Virus record (IMG/VR): IMGVR_UViG_3300042562_001598
Coordinates: 124,001 to 188,000 of that record
Direction: 5' to 3' (one strand)
Length of the DNA stretch: 64,000 nucleotides
In this document: one piece after another, positions 9,772 through 21,135 of the stretch
How positions within the stretch are numbered: the first letter of the stretch is position 1
Layout: every line of letters begins with the position of its first letter
The notes under the pieces: model-generated
Database searches by the model: none
Told to the model about the DNA's origin: nothing
Seen by the model: the letters and a program-made list of their open reading frames with translations, nothing else
Position numbers and translations under genes: made by a program

Positions 9772-12700
9772 ATGGAAAAAAAGATAACATTAGGGAAGGC
9801 AATCAAAATTAAGGTTAAAGATTCGGTATCATCTTATGTGTGGAATAGGTTATATGAAAAATTAGATAAGTTAGTAAGTAATAAAATATATAATTCAACC
9901 ATTCATTTACAAAAAGAATCGGAGGTTTATGAGATGTATTACGCAATATGGTTGTCAATTAGGCGTAAATTATGAAAACAAAGATAGAATTAGGCAAATC
10001 GGTTATGAATGAAGTAAGGAGTTCAGTTAGGCGTTCAGTAAATATTTTAGTGAGTAATTCAGTGTGTGGTTCAGTGAGTAGTTCAGTGGATAGTTCAGTG
10101 AGGAGTATAGTGTGTGGTTCAGTAAATATTTCAGTGTATAATTCAGTATATGATTCAGTGGATAGTTCAGTGTGGAGTTCAGTATCTGATTCAATAAATA
10201 ATAATATATGAAAACAAAGTTAGTCTTGGGGAAACCAGTTAATGGTAATGTGGTTGAATCAGTTAAGAATTCGGTGTGGATTTTAACACATATTTCATTG
10301 TATCGTTCAGTGAATAGTTCAGTATACAATTCAGTGTTTAATTCGGTGTGGCGTCCAAGTTTTATATTATGAAAACAAAGATTAAATTGGGGGAATCGGT
10401 TAGGGTGTTACTGTATAAGTCAATAAGGAGTTCAGTTGATGTTTCACTGATGTTTACAGCGTATGGTTCAGTGCATAAGTCAGTGTGGACTTCAGTTAGG
10501 ACTTCAGTTCATAATCCAACAAATATTAGCATATGAAAACAAAGATAGACCTGGGGGAATCGGTTAAGGGTAAAGTTAGGAGTTCAGTGAGGGATTCAGT
10601 GAGACATTCAATATCCCCTTCAATGTACAATTCAGTTAAAAGTGTTCTGCATAGTGAAATATTTTCATCACTTGAGAATTCTATTAGGCATTCAGTTAGT
10701 AATTCAATCTATTGGACTATAGATAACTTCAATAAACTTTAGATTATGAAAACAAAGGTAGACCTGGGGAAATCAATTAAGGATAAAGTGTATGATTCAG
10801 TACTTAGTTCAGTGAGGAGTTCAGTGAATAGTTCAGTGTATGGTTCAGTTAGTAGTTCAGTGTATGATTCAGTGGGGAGTTCAGTGTATAGTTCAGTTAG
10901 GAATTTAACAAACATTAGATTATGAAAACAAAGATTACATTGGGAGAATCAGTTGAAGATAAGATTTTCCAAATAGTTACTGATGTGATTAGTAAAAAAA
11001 GTTATGACTTGTTAATCAGGGGAGTTTCATCAAATATGTTAAAGGGTGTTTCAGATGGGGTATATGATTACGCCTATAATTCAATATTACCTTCATTGAG
11101 TAGGGAAGTGTGGTTATTAGCGGTCACTAATTCAACAATAAAAAATTATGAAAACAAAGATAGACCTGGGGAAATCGGTTAAGTGTAAAGTGTATGAGTC
11201 ATTGTATTGTTCAGTAAATAGTTCAGTGTTTAGTTCAGTGAGTGGTTCAGAGATGCGTTCCGTTTGGAGTTCAATGAATAGTTCAGTGTGGATGTTAACA
11301 AATTTTAGATTATGAAAACAAAGATTAGATTGGGGAGGTCAGTTAAGGATAAAGTGAGGAGTTCAGTTTGGAATTTAGTTAGTCATTCATTGATGAGTTC
11401 CGTGCATGGTTCAGTGAAAAATCCAGTGTATTTTTCAGTAAGGAGTTCAATTTATGAATCATTAAAAATATAATATGAAAAATTTAGGTAATTCAATTAA
11501 AGATAATGTTGGGGATTTAGTTAAAGTTTCAGTTTGGCGTTCAACGAGTGAATTAATTAATGATTCAACAGGTGGTTTAACAATCCTTTCAACTTGGAAA
11601 ACAACAGGTCTATCATTACGAGATTCAGTTAGTAATTCAATTTATAATCAATTAAGAGTTCTTCAAGATGAAAATTAAAAAATTAGGAAAACCTGTTAAG
11701 CGTAAGTTGTTTAGTTCGGTAAATAATTTAATTTATTATTCAATAGGTGTTAAGCTCTATAAAGATAAGACTAGTAATATCTGGGATTTTGGTTACGAGT
11801 CAGTAAGAAAACCAATTGATAATTCAATAAATTTTAGATTATGAAAACAAAGGTAGGTCTGGGGAAATCAGTTAGTGATAAAGTGAGGAGGTCAGTGGAG
11901 AATTCAATTAAAAGTTCAGTTCGGTGTTCAGTAGATGATTTAGTGAGTAGTTCAGTGAGTTATTCAGTGAGGAGTTCAGTGATGAGTTCAGTGTATTGGC
12001 CAGTGTGTGATTTAGTGTGGAGTTCAGTGAGTATTTCAGTTAATATTTCAGTGTGGCGTTCAGTGAATATTTCAGTACATAATTCAGTAAGGTATTCAGT
12101 GAGTGATTCAATAATAAATAGTATATGAAAACAAAGGTAGACCTGGGTAAATCGGTTAAGGGTGAAGTATGGAATTTAGTTAATCATTCAGTGTATAGTT
12201 CAGTGTATGATTCAGTGAGTTGTTCAGTTAGTAGTTCAGTTATTGATTCAGTGGATGATTCGGTGTGGAGTTCCGTGCATGTTTCAGTTTGGATTTTATT
12301 ATATAGGTCAGTGGATGATTCGGTGTGGAGTTCAGTACATGGTTCAGTTAATAATTCAATAGAGGATAGTATATGAAAACAAAGGTAGACTTGGGAGAAT
12401 CAGTTAAGAATAAACTTAAGAATTCAGTGTGTAGTTCAGTTAGTCAGTCCGTGAGTATTTCATTTACAAGTACAAAATATTATTTAGTGGATAGGTCAGT
12501 CTATACATCACTGAAATGGTCAGTGAATGATTTGGTATGGTTCTCAGTGTATGAAATTATTTGTGATTCAATAGAAGATAAATTATGAAAACGAGGGTAA
12601 AATTAGGAAAATCAGTTAAGAATGAGGTTAAAGAATTAGTGTGTTGTAATGTGAATTTATTTTATTTTTCAGTGGGAAAATTTGTATATGATTTAGCTAG

Positions 12701-13395
12701 TGATAAAGTAAAAAATCCGGTGTACAGAACAAGCGATATAATATGGAGGTCGGTTCGTGACTCAACTATTCAATTTAATAAAAAATAGACTATGAAATTA
12801 GGAAAATCAGTTAAGTTTGAGGTGATTAAAGCGGTTGATGAAGGAATATTTGATGTTGTTACAGAATTGATTGATAACTCAATTAAGAATTTAGTATGGG
12901 ATTCAGTATTTTATTCAGTGTGGGATGCGATGAATGTTTCATTATTATCACCGATATTTGAACCAATAGAGGATAACTTATGGGAAGAAAATTAATATTA
13001 GGTAAATCAGTTAGTTATAGAGTTACTAATTCAATAGGTGATTCAATCTGGAGTATTAATTATGGGTCCATTAACCAGTTAGTGGATAGTTCAATTATTT
13101 TTCCAATAAAAGACTTATCGGAGGAAATATTAGATGATTTAGTATTTGGTTTGGTGAGTAGTACAATTAATATTTCAATAACAAATAGACTATGAAAACA
13201 AAATTAATATTGGGTAATTTAGTGGGAACCGAATTAAACAGGTCAATATGGGAATCAGTTAGAGTTTCAATTGAGATGAAAGTAGGTGTTTCAGTATGGG
13301 AAACAATAAACCAATCAGTTTATGAACCGATACAGGAAATAGTAAATGATTCAATCAACAACCAACTATATTGGTTAATAAAAAGTAAAGTATAA
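9772..13395 (+). CDS. SVxx-repeat small-protein array 1: 18 tandem, mostly ATGA-coupled paralogous genes
   Basis: Starts 9772, 9972, 10208, 10369, 10533, 10746, 10922, 11148, 11312, 11475, 11668, 11841, 12125, 12373, 12585, 12792, 12980, 13192 (five short ORFs read by hand); MKTKxxLGKSV head + S-V-x-x repeats. Confidence 0.88.
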
Positions 13396-13453
13396 GGATT
13401 GGATATAACAATTTCTTAACTTAATATAATGTAATTTTTATCTATTTATTTAT

Positions 13454-14158
13454 ATGGAGATGAAATTATCAATTATTATACCTTGTAAAAATGAAGAAAA
13501 ATATATAGGTAAATTATTAAATTCTTTATTACAACAAAATTTACCTCAAAATGTTGAGATAATAATAGCTGACGCTAACTCAACTGATAACACTATAAAA
13601 ATTATAAACTCTTATTTAGATTTACTACCTAACTTAAAAATTATTCCAGGTGGTTTACCATCAGTTGGTAGAAATTTAGGTGCTAAAGAATCAAAAGGTG
13701 AAATATTATTATTCATTGATTCGGATGTTTATTTTAAACGAGAAAATATAATCGTAAAATCTTTAGATACATTCAAGAAAAATAAAGCGGAGATATTAGG
13801 TTGTTTCTTAAATATTGAGAATAATCTTAAAGTGAAAATGGTGTATAAAATCTGTAATCTTATATTCTATTTATCAAAATTTGATAAACCATTTGTTGTT
13901 GGGTCATATATGATGATTAACAAAGATGTTTTCTTTAATTTAGGTGGTTTTGATGAAGAGTTGATGCACTGCGAAGATTACTTTTTAAGTAAAAAAGTTA
14001 ATCCATCCAAATATACTATAATAAATGAATATGTTTATACTGATGATAGGAGATTTATAAAATTAGGTATGTTAGGTATGATAAAATATTTTATTAAAAA
14101 CATAGTTGAAAAAAACAATAAAGATTATTTTAAACAAGATGTTGGATATTGGTTATGA
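13454..14158 (+). CDS. Family 2 glycosyltransferase
   Basis: LSIIIPCKNEE, IADANSTDNT, GRNLGA, LFIDSD (DxD), GGFDE..EDY. Confidence 0.92.
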   Translation: MEMKLSIIIPCKNEEKYIGKLLNSLLQQNLPQNVEIIIADANSTDNTIKIINSYLDLLPNLKIIPGGLPSVGRNLGAKESKGEILLFIDSDVYFKRENIIVKSLDTFKKNKAEILGCFLNIENNLKVKMVYKICNLIFYLSKFDKPFVVGSYMMINKDVFFNLGGFDEELMHCEDYFLSKKVNPSKYTIINEYVYTDDRRFIKLGMLGMIKYFIKNIVEKNNKDYFKQDVGYWL

Positions 14159-14874
14159 ATTATAAAACAGTTATTATTTCAGATTTACATTTAGGTTCAA
14201 CATATTCCAGGTCGGAAGATATCGCTAATTTTTTAGATAAAATTAAATGTGAGACCCTCATATTAAATGGTGATATTATTGATGGTTGGGCGTTAAAAAG
14301 AGGAAACGCTTGGACGCAGGAACATATGAAATGCGTTAGAAAACTTATGAAGAAATCTTATAAAACCAAAATATATTGGGTTAGAGGTAATCATGATGAT
14401 TTCTTACATGATTTTATACCATTAAATTTAGGTAATATTAGTCTTGTTGAAAATATGGACTTATACGGGTTAAATGGTAAAAAATATTTAGTTTTACATG
14501 GTGATATCTTTGATGTATTTGTAAATAAAATGAAATGGTTAGCGAAAATTGGTTCCGTTGGTTATGATTTTACACTTTGGTTGAATAAATGGTATAACAA
14601 ATATAGAGCATTTAGAGGTAAGGAGTATTTTTCATTATCTAAAAAAATAAAAGATTCAGTTAAGAGTGCGACCAACTTTATTGGGGATTTTGAGGACCAT
14701 ATGGTTAGTCATTCAAGGTCGTTAAACTATGATGGTGTTATATGTGGTCATATTCATAAAGCTGAGATTAGAGAAATAAATGGTATTGAGTATATGAATT
14801 CTGGGGATTGGGTTGAATCAAAAACCGCTTTAGTTGAATCTTATACAGGTGAATGGAGTTTGTTATATTATTAA
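14149..14874 (+). CDS. LpxH-like metallophosphoesterase (UDP-2,3-diacylglucosamine hydrolase family)
   Basis: ISDLHLG, LNGDIIDGW, RGNHDD, LHGD, CGHIH, NSGDWVE. Confidence 0.88.
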   Translation: MVMNYKTVIISDLHLGSTYSRSEDIANFLDKIKCETLILNGDIIDGWALKRGNAWTQEHMKCVRKLMKKSYKTKIYWVRGNHDDFLHDFIPLNLGNISLVENMDLYGLNGKKYLVLHGDIFDVFVNKMKWLAKIGSVGYDFTLWLNKWYNKYRAFRGKEYFSLSKKIKDSVKSATNFIGDFEDHMVSHSRSLNYDGVICGHIHKAEIREINGIEYMNSGDWVESKTALVESYTGEWSLLYY

Positions 14875-14993
14875 TAACTCTAACATAACAAAATAATTAA
14901 TTCCTCACTTATTAAAAAAGGTGAGGATTTGTTTTTTTATAACATTTTTTTTATTATATTTACTCATCTATTAATCTTAAAACATAAAAAACA

Positions 14994-15206
14994 ATGAAAA
15001 GAGTTATATTATTTTCTTCAACCTTATTTATTCTAACCGCATTAGTCGGAATCGTAATGACCTTAATCTTTGTTATAGCTCCAATTCCACCGGAAGGATT
15101 ATACGCTCAAATTCTAAAGTTTGATTTTATACTATCATTTGCATTTGCAATAATTATGATACTATGTGGTGCGTTTAACGAACTTATGGAAAAGTTAAAC
15201 GAATAA
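14994..15206 (+). CDS. Small two-TM membrane protein
   Basis: Two hydrophobic stretches in 70 aa. Confidence 0.65.
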   Translation: MKRVILFSSTLFILTALVGIVMTLIFVIAPIPPEGLYAQILKFDFILSFAFAIIMILCGAFNELMEKLNE

Positions 15207-15492
15207 AAAAACTTCCTCACTTATTAAAAAAAGGTGGGGAATTATTTTTTTATATAGTATTAAGTTGTATATTTGTTGAAAGAAAAAGTAAATATAAAAT
15301 CACAGAATTATGGAAGTTAAATATTGGGAAGATTGTAGGTCATTAAAAGAAATAACCGATGATGTTAAGGGTATGATATCAAGTGGTGAAATTAATGAAA
15401 TTATTTCATTAACACATAGTTCAATTATCAATGCTGCTTACGGGTTGATAAAGTATTCTGCGATTTTAGTTTATAAAAAAAATAAATAAGTT

Positions 15493-16217
15493 ATGAAAAC
15501 TCAATTTGCACCTGAAGAAATTACATTAGAATTAAAAGCGTTGGGTTTTGATGAGACTTGTTTTGGTTATTATGATGGTACTGGTTATGTAATGATAAAA
15601 GAAATTAAACATTGTGTAATATCCGCACCGACATTCGCTCAAGCGTTTAGATTTTTTAGAGATAAGTATGAGTTATATTATACTATAGAAGGTTCAAAAA
15701 AATATGGGTTTGCTTTTTTTATTTATTATGAAAACGATGATAAAGGTGAATTAAAATCTAAAGAATATTCTACCTACGAAGAAGCTGAACAGGAATGTTT
15801 AATTAAATTAATAGAAATCACTAAAGAAAAGAAATAATGGAAAATCAATTTGTTGGTTATAATGAAGCAAAACAATTAAGTGAGTTAGGTTTCAGTGAAC
15901 AATGTTTTGCTGGTTACTTAAAAGAAGAAAAAACTCTTTGGATTGGATATGTTAGTTCCCAGGGTGGGGAACAATTCAATAGAGAGTATCATATCTTAGC
16001 TCCAACATATTATCAAGCGGTAAAGTTCATCCGGGATAAATACAATTTATGTTACGCAATTGACCCCTACGATGATGGGACTTATGATTACACCATCTTC
16101 AACCCTTACATTACAGATGAGGAAGATTTTGAGGAAGGACCCTACAAAACCTACGAAGAAGCGGAACAGGCTTGTTTAGTCAAGTTGATAGTTATCAGCA
16201 AAGGACTGAAAAAATAA
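15493..16217 (+). CDS. Two paralogous hypothetical proteins (15493..15837, 15837..16217)
   Basis: Shared LGFxExCF, APTxxQAxxFxRDKY and TYEEAEQxCLxKLI motifs. Confidence 0.8.
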
Positions 16218-16306
16218 TAAATAAATTCCTCACTTATTAAAATAAAGGTGGGGAATTATTTTTTTATATGGATTATTAATCTATCTTTGTAAAAAGAAAT
16301 TTAGTT

Positions 16307-16957
16307 ATGGAAAACATACACATATTAACAACGTTAAAACCAAGTAGGATATTAAGAGGTCTTGATGGTATTAGAATATTTAAAAATGAGGTATCACCAG
16401 ATAGTGAGTGGTGTGTTAATGTAAATATACACATAACAAATGATGATGAAATTAAAGATGGGGATAAACGAATTAATAATTACCAAAGAAAACCTGAAGG
16501 GGAGGAAATCCCAAGTAAAAAAATCATCCTAACAACAGATGACCAACTAATTCAAGATGGAGTTCAACCTATTGATGATGAGTTTTTAGAATGGTTTGTT
16601 AAGAATCCAAGTTGTGAGGATGTTAAGGTTGTAAAAGAAGGTTACAAAAAGAATGATATGATTGATGAAGCTACTTCTTACATATACAAAATCATCATTC
16701 CAAAAGAAGAACAAAAGCAACATCTTATTGGTATGATGAAAGCAGATGAAGAGTTGGGATTATATGATGAAACAGAACACTTGTTATCAACTCAAGCGAA
16801 TAAAGAAAGGTTGTTAGAGGATGTGAAAGAAGAAACACAAAGAATGTATAGTGAGGAAGAAGTTATTGATTTACTACAAGAAATGAATGATTATCCAACA
16901 ATATTTGAAGGTAGAATTGATATTAAAGAATGGTTTGAACAACTTAAAAAGAAATAA
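16307..16957 (+). CDS. Hypothetical protein, paralog of 55867..56661
   Basis: NIHIL, KIIxTTD, DGxQxIDDxFLEWFVxNPSCE and YSEEEV..WFEQxKKK shared. Confidence 0.8.
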   Translation: MENIHILTTLKPSRILRGLDGIRIFKNEVSPDSEWCVNVNIHITNDDEIKDGDKRINNYQRKPEGEEIPSKKIILTTDDQLIQDGVQPIDDEFLEWFVKNPSCEDVKVVKEGYKKNDMIDEATSYIYKIIIPKEEQKQHLIGMMKADEELGLYDETEHLLSTQANKERLLEDVKEETQRMYSEEEVIDLLQEMNDYPTIFEGRIDIKEWFEQLKKK

Positions 16958-16961
16958 TATT

Positions 16962-19086
16962 ATGGATAAAAATGTGTTAGACTGGATTGTTGCAATGGAT
17001 TTTGCACATTATAAAACAGAAGAATTTCCTGATTATAAACCGTCAGGACCATCTCACTGGTACATTAAAGGTTCACCTGAAAGATTTACAAGTGAGGAAC
17101 TTATACAAATCTATAAAGGTGAGATGAATGATAAACTAAGAGAAAATTGGAATTGGGCATTAACAGATAAAAAGAAATAATATTATGGACTTTAGAACAG
17201 AACTAGCAAAATGGGGTTACAATAAAGGTGACTCAATTGATGTTGATATATTGGTTAATGAAATACTACCAAGTTTATTTTCTCAACAAGAAAAAAGTAA
17301 TAATAAGGAAGAAGTTTGGACTATGTGTAATGAACTGGGATATTATTTTATTGGTGGAGATACTGTTGATTTACAAGAGATAATTAAAGAAAAAAATAAG
17401 TTATGACACCAAAAGAAAAAGCGTTAGAATTGATAGAAAAATTCAAAATTAATGATTATGATTGGATTGCACAAGGTAATCTTTATTGTGTAAAACAACA
17501 TGTTTTGATTACTGTTGATGAGATATTATCAATGAAAATAGTCAGAAAAGACGACTTAACTGATGAGTATTGGGAAGCGGTAAAACAAGAAATACAAAAG
17601 TTATGACACCTAAATTTTTAAACAATTATGGTAATCAATTAATGGATAACCTTAAAGAAATAAAACAAAAACCGGAAAAAAGTTATAGTGAACAAGAAGT
17701 AACAGATTTATTAACAATGCAACGAGAAAATTGTTATGTTGCTATATTAGGTGAAACAAGAAATGATGAAATCGCAACAATCGCATTAAACGCTCCTGAA
17801 CCTGGGGGTAGAAACGGAAGTTGGAAAAATAATAAGTTATGAATAATACAGTTTATTTTCAACCACCAGGGATAAGACCACAATATTGTGAAGCTGGTAT
17901 GATTTCAGTTACGGACCCTGATTATATATGGTATTATGATGAACCTTGTAAGATATTAATAAGTGATGTTAAGATTATACCAAAAGAGAATGTTATTTAC
18001 GATAAGAAAAAAAGATTATATATTATTAAAGAGAAATAAGTTATGATACTACTGATAATATTTTTATACATTATACCCGTCATACTTTCTATAATAGTCA
18101 TATCTAATAATTCAGATGAAATGACGGTGGGGGATTTAATAGGTATAGTTTTAATATCTATAATACCAGTAGCTAATATATTCACAGCTTATGTTGGAGG
18201 ATTAATAGCTTTATGTCAATCAAAACAAGTAAATAAGTTTTTAAATAAAAGAATAAAATGAAACAAACAGCTGTAGAATGGTTAGTAGAACAATTATTTG
18301 AATTAAGAAATCCTACTTTAAATCAAATAGAAATAATGAAACAAGCCGAAAAAATGGAAAAGCAACAAATAATTGACGCTCATATAAAAGGTCATAACGC
18401 ACCATCAAGTACAATTAAAAATCACGATGCGGAACAATACTACAACGAGCGATTTAATAAGAAATAAGTTATGGAGTTATATGTGGAAATATTAAAAGTT
18501 ATTTTTTTTACTTTAACGGTATTGGCGATGGGACTTGTTGTTGCTGGATTAATGATAATGTTAATTAAAGAATATAAAAACAAATAAGATTATGAAAAAT
18601 ATATTATCAATAACGGTAGGATTAATATTCACACTTATAAGTTGTGAGAGTAGAGTTACAATTTCTCAATCAGAGTATGATAAATTAATAGGTATTAATA
18701 CTCAAACAAAAAGAACTATTACCTTTCCAGAAGGAAGTGTAGCAAAAAACATGGATTGGTATATAATTCAAGGTTCTGATGGTCATGACTATATGGAGAA
18801 TGGTGATGGAAGTGCTTATATATTAATGCACTACATAGAGTGTGACAAATGTAAAAAGAAATAAATGGAAAAAGAGATAATAAAACGAGGAAATGAAAGT
18901 GGTTATGAAACATTAATCATCCAAGGGAAATGGACCAGTTTGGAATTAACCTCGGTGGATAAAGATGGGGATATTGAGATTGAGTTAAACAATACCGACG
19001 AGAACATATCTCTATACCTTAATCAAAATGAAATAAAAGAGGTTATAGAGTTCTTACAGAAACAAATAATATCCCCATCCAATTAA
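16962..19086 (+). CDS. Cluster of about 10 small hypothetical genes (MTPKEKA-, MKQTAVEWL-type, a lipoprotein, membrane proteins)
   Basis: Tightly packed 60-90 aa ORFs; LISC lipobox in 18592..18864. Confidence 0.65.
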
Positions 19087-19151
19087 AAAAAGGTGGGGAT
19101 TTATTGTTTTTATTACTATTTGTGTTATATATTTGTAAAAAGGGATAAGTT

Positions 19152-19685
19152 ATGGAAACATTAAAAATTATAGGAGGGGTTATTGTAGGGTTTATTATAT
19201 TAATACATCTACTGAATATGCTTGTGGATAGTAATAGAAGAAAACAATTCAGACACTGGAGAATTGGTGATAAAATTCTATTATATAAGAATAATGCGGC
19301 CTCAAGAACATTGGTGAATTATCGTAAAGAATATGCTGAACTACTGGGATGGTCCACAGATTATTTATATCTTGATTGTGGTGATGGTATAACAAATCAA
19401 GTTAAGTGGAATGTAATGGAGGGGAATAAATCTGCAGCATGGAGAAAGAACTTTGATGATGCGAAGAAAGAGATGGGTATTAATCCCGCGTTTCCTTATG
19501 ATGCGATGAGCCTTCCGGAATATTCAAATGATGATTTTCTTATTCCAATTGGGGAGAAGTTTCAGGGTAAGGATATTAGTTTAATGACCGAGACGGAGTG
19601 CCAAGTTTATTTAAAGATTGCAATTGATAATGATGATTATTCCAAAGCGGAGTTAATAAGAAAGAGATTAGAGAATTTTAGATAA
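19152..19685 (+). CDS. Membrane-anchored hypothetical protein with C-terminal UVR-like helical hairpin
   Basis: N-terminal TM; LKIAIDNDDYSKAELIRKRL. Confidence 0.6.
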   Translation: METLKIIGGVIVGFIILIHLLNMLVDSNRRKQFRHWRIGDKILLYKNNAASRTLVNYRKEYAELLGWSTDYLYLDCGDGITNQVKWNVMEGNKSAAWRKNFDDAKKEMGINPAFPYDAMSLPEYSNDDFLIPIGEKFQGKDISLMTETECQVYLKIAIDNDDYSKAELIRKRLENFR

Positions 19686-19741
19686 GGGGCTGGGGATAAC
19701 CTCGTGATAACGACCCGGACCATATGAGAGATAATAAGAAA

Positions 19742-20583
19742 GGGGATAATATAAATAATAATGTTATGACAATAGATTTAAGATTTGGTGATACGATAGA
19801 ACAAATGAAATTGATATCTGATAAAAGTATTGACTTTATTTGTTGTGATTTACCTTATGGTTCAACAAAAAACAATTGGGATATTATCATACCATTTGAC
19901 CAACTTTGGGAACAATATAAGAGAATTATTAAAGATGATGGGGCTATCGCGTTATTTGGGACAGGTTTGTTTGCTTATAAGTTAGCGTTATCAAATGAGA
20001 AAATGTATAAGTATGAAATAATTTGGTCAAAATCTAAAAGTGGTAGTTCATTTACTGCAAAATATAGACCCGTTCAGAAACATGAAAACATTTTAATATT
20101 TGGGAAAGGTAAAGTGGTATATAATCCACAATTAGAACCGGGTGAACCATACTATAGGAAACGGAAAGCTAATGATGGGGATAAACCAAATAATCATAAA
20201 TTAGGTGTTGTATCTGAAAGTGAGACCAAGAATGATGGGTTTAGATATCCGTCAACTATTCAATTTTTCCAACAAAAATGGAGAAGGCAAGACCAACTAC
20301 ATAGTACACAAAAACCTGTGGAACTTATAGAATGGTTAATAAAATCATATAGTAATGAAAGTGATACTATTTTGGATAATACATTTGGTAGTTGCACCGC
20401 GGGAATTGCTAGTATAAACACTAATAGGAATTTTATAGGAATTGAGAATAACCAACATTATTTTGATGTTTCTATAGAGAGAATTAATAAAATATTACAA
20501 TATAACGACCCGAACCATATGAAAGACATTATCTTAATTACTCAATAAAAAAAGGGGGGATAATATAAATAATAATGTTATGA
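19742..20583 (+). repeat. 28-bp direct repeat flanking the amino-MTase gene (19742-19769, 20556-20583)
   Basis: ggggataatataaataataatgttatga at both ends, each containing a start codon. Confidence 0.88.
19766..20548 (+). CDS. N6-adenine/N4-cytosine DNA methyltransferase (beta class)
   Basis: CCDLPYG, HSTQKPVEL, ILDNTFGSCTAG, NFIGIE; ATG 19766 preferred over 19724. Confidence 0.92.
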   Translation: MTIDLRFGDTIEQMKLISDKSIDFICCDLPYGSTKNNWDIIIPFDQLWEQYKRIIKDDGAIALFGTGLFAYKLALSNEKMYKYEIIWSKSKSGSSFTAKYRPVQKHENILIFGKGKVVYNPQLEPGEPYYRKRKANDGDKPNNHKLGVVSESETKNDGFRYPSTIQFFQQKWRRQDQLHSTQKPVELIEWLIKSYSNESDTILDNTFGSCTAGIASINTNRNFIGIENNQHYFDVSIERINKILQYNDPNHMKDIILITQ

Positions 20584-21098
20584 GAGTAAATTTCAACAAA
20601 GTTACCTGTATTAACTTAAAATCTGTTAATCAACAACAACTATTGGCCATATGTGAGACCTACCTATTTGGTTTTGAGGGATTACTTATGGATAAAAAAG
20701 ACGGAATAAATATTATATGGATAGATAGTGAAGCAAATACTGTTGCATATACATATACTGGTGATTGGGGAGAAGTATTGGTTAAGGGGAGTCACTACAA
20801 TGGGATGGTTCAAAAGGACTATGATAGAATAATGGATATTAAACCCGTAAAGACCCCAAAGTTTCCAAAGACAGACCAAGCACTAAATAATTATATTTCT
20901 TTCTTAAAAGAGGGATTTGATGTGAGAATACCCACAATTGATTCGTTAATAGAACATAAGTTAAGAGAACAAGAAAGATACAAAGAAATACAACAAATAC
21001 CGGTTATATTAGATATGGATATAATCTTGGATAAGATTAATAAGTATGGGATAACTTCATTAACCGATGAAGAGAAAGATTATATGGATAATATCTAA
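20580..21098 (+). CDS. Hypothetical protein with C-terminal LDxILDKIxxxGxxSLTxEE motif
   Basis: LDMDIILDKINKYGITSLTDEEKDYM. Confidence 0.65.
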   Translation: MRVNFNKVTCINLKSVNQQQLLAICETYLFGFEGLLMDKKDGINIIWIDSEANTVAYTYTGDWGEVLVKGSHYNGMVQKDYDRIMDIKPVKTPKFPKTDQALNNYISFLKEGFDVRIPTIDSLIEHKLREQERYKEIQQIPVILDMDIILDKINKYGITSLTDEEKDYMDNI

Positions 21099-21135
21099 AA
21101 TTGGGGATAACATATATTTATTATAAAATCGTAAT

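Larger units (their letters stand above)
14899..16289 (+). repeat. Three copies of a terminator hairpin element (about 14899-14930, 15213-15243, 16226-16258); copies 2 and 3 are followed by a TAnnTTTG promoter box
   Basis: ttcctcacttattaaaa(n)aaggtg(a/g)gga repeated; TATATTTG at 15268 and TATCTTTG at 16282. Confidence 0.85.
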
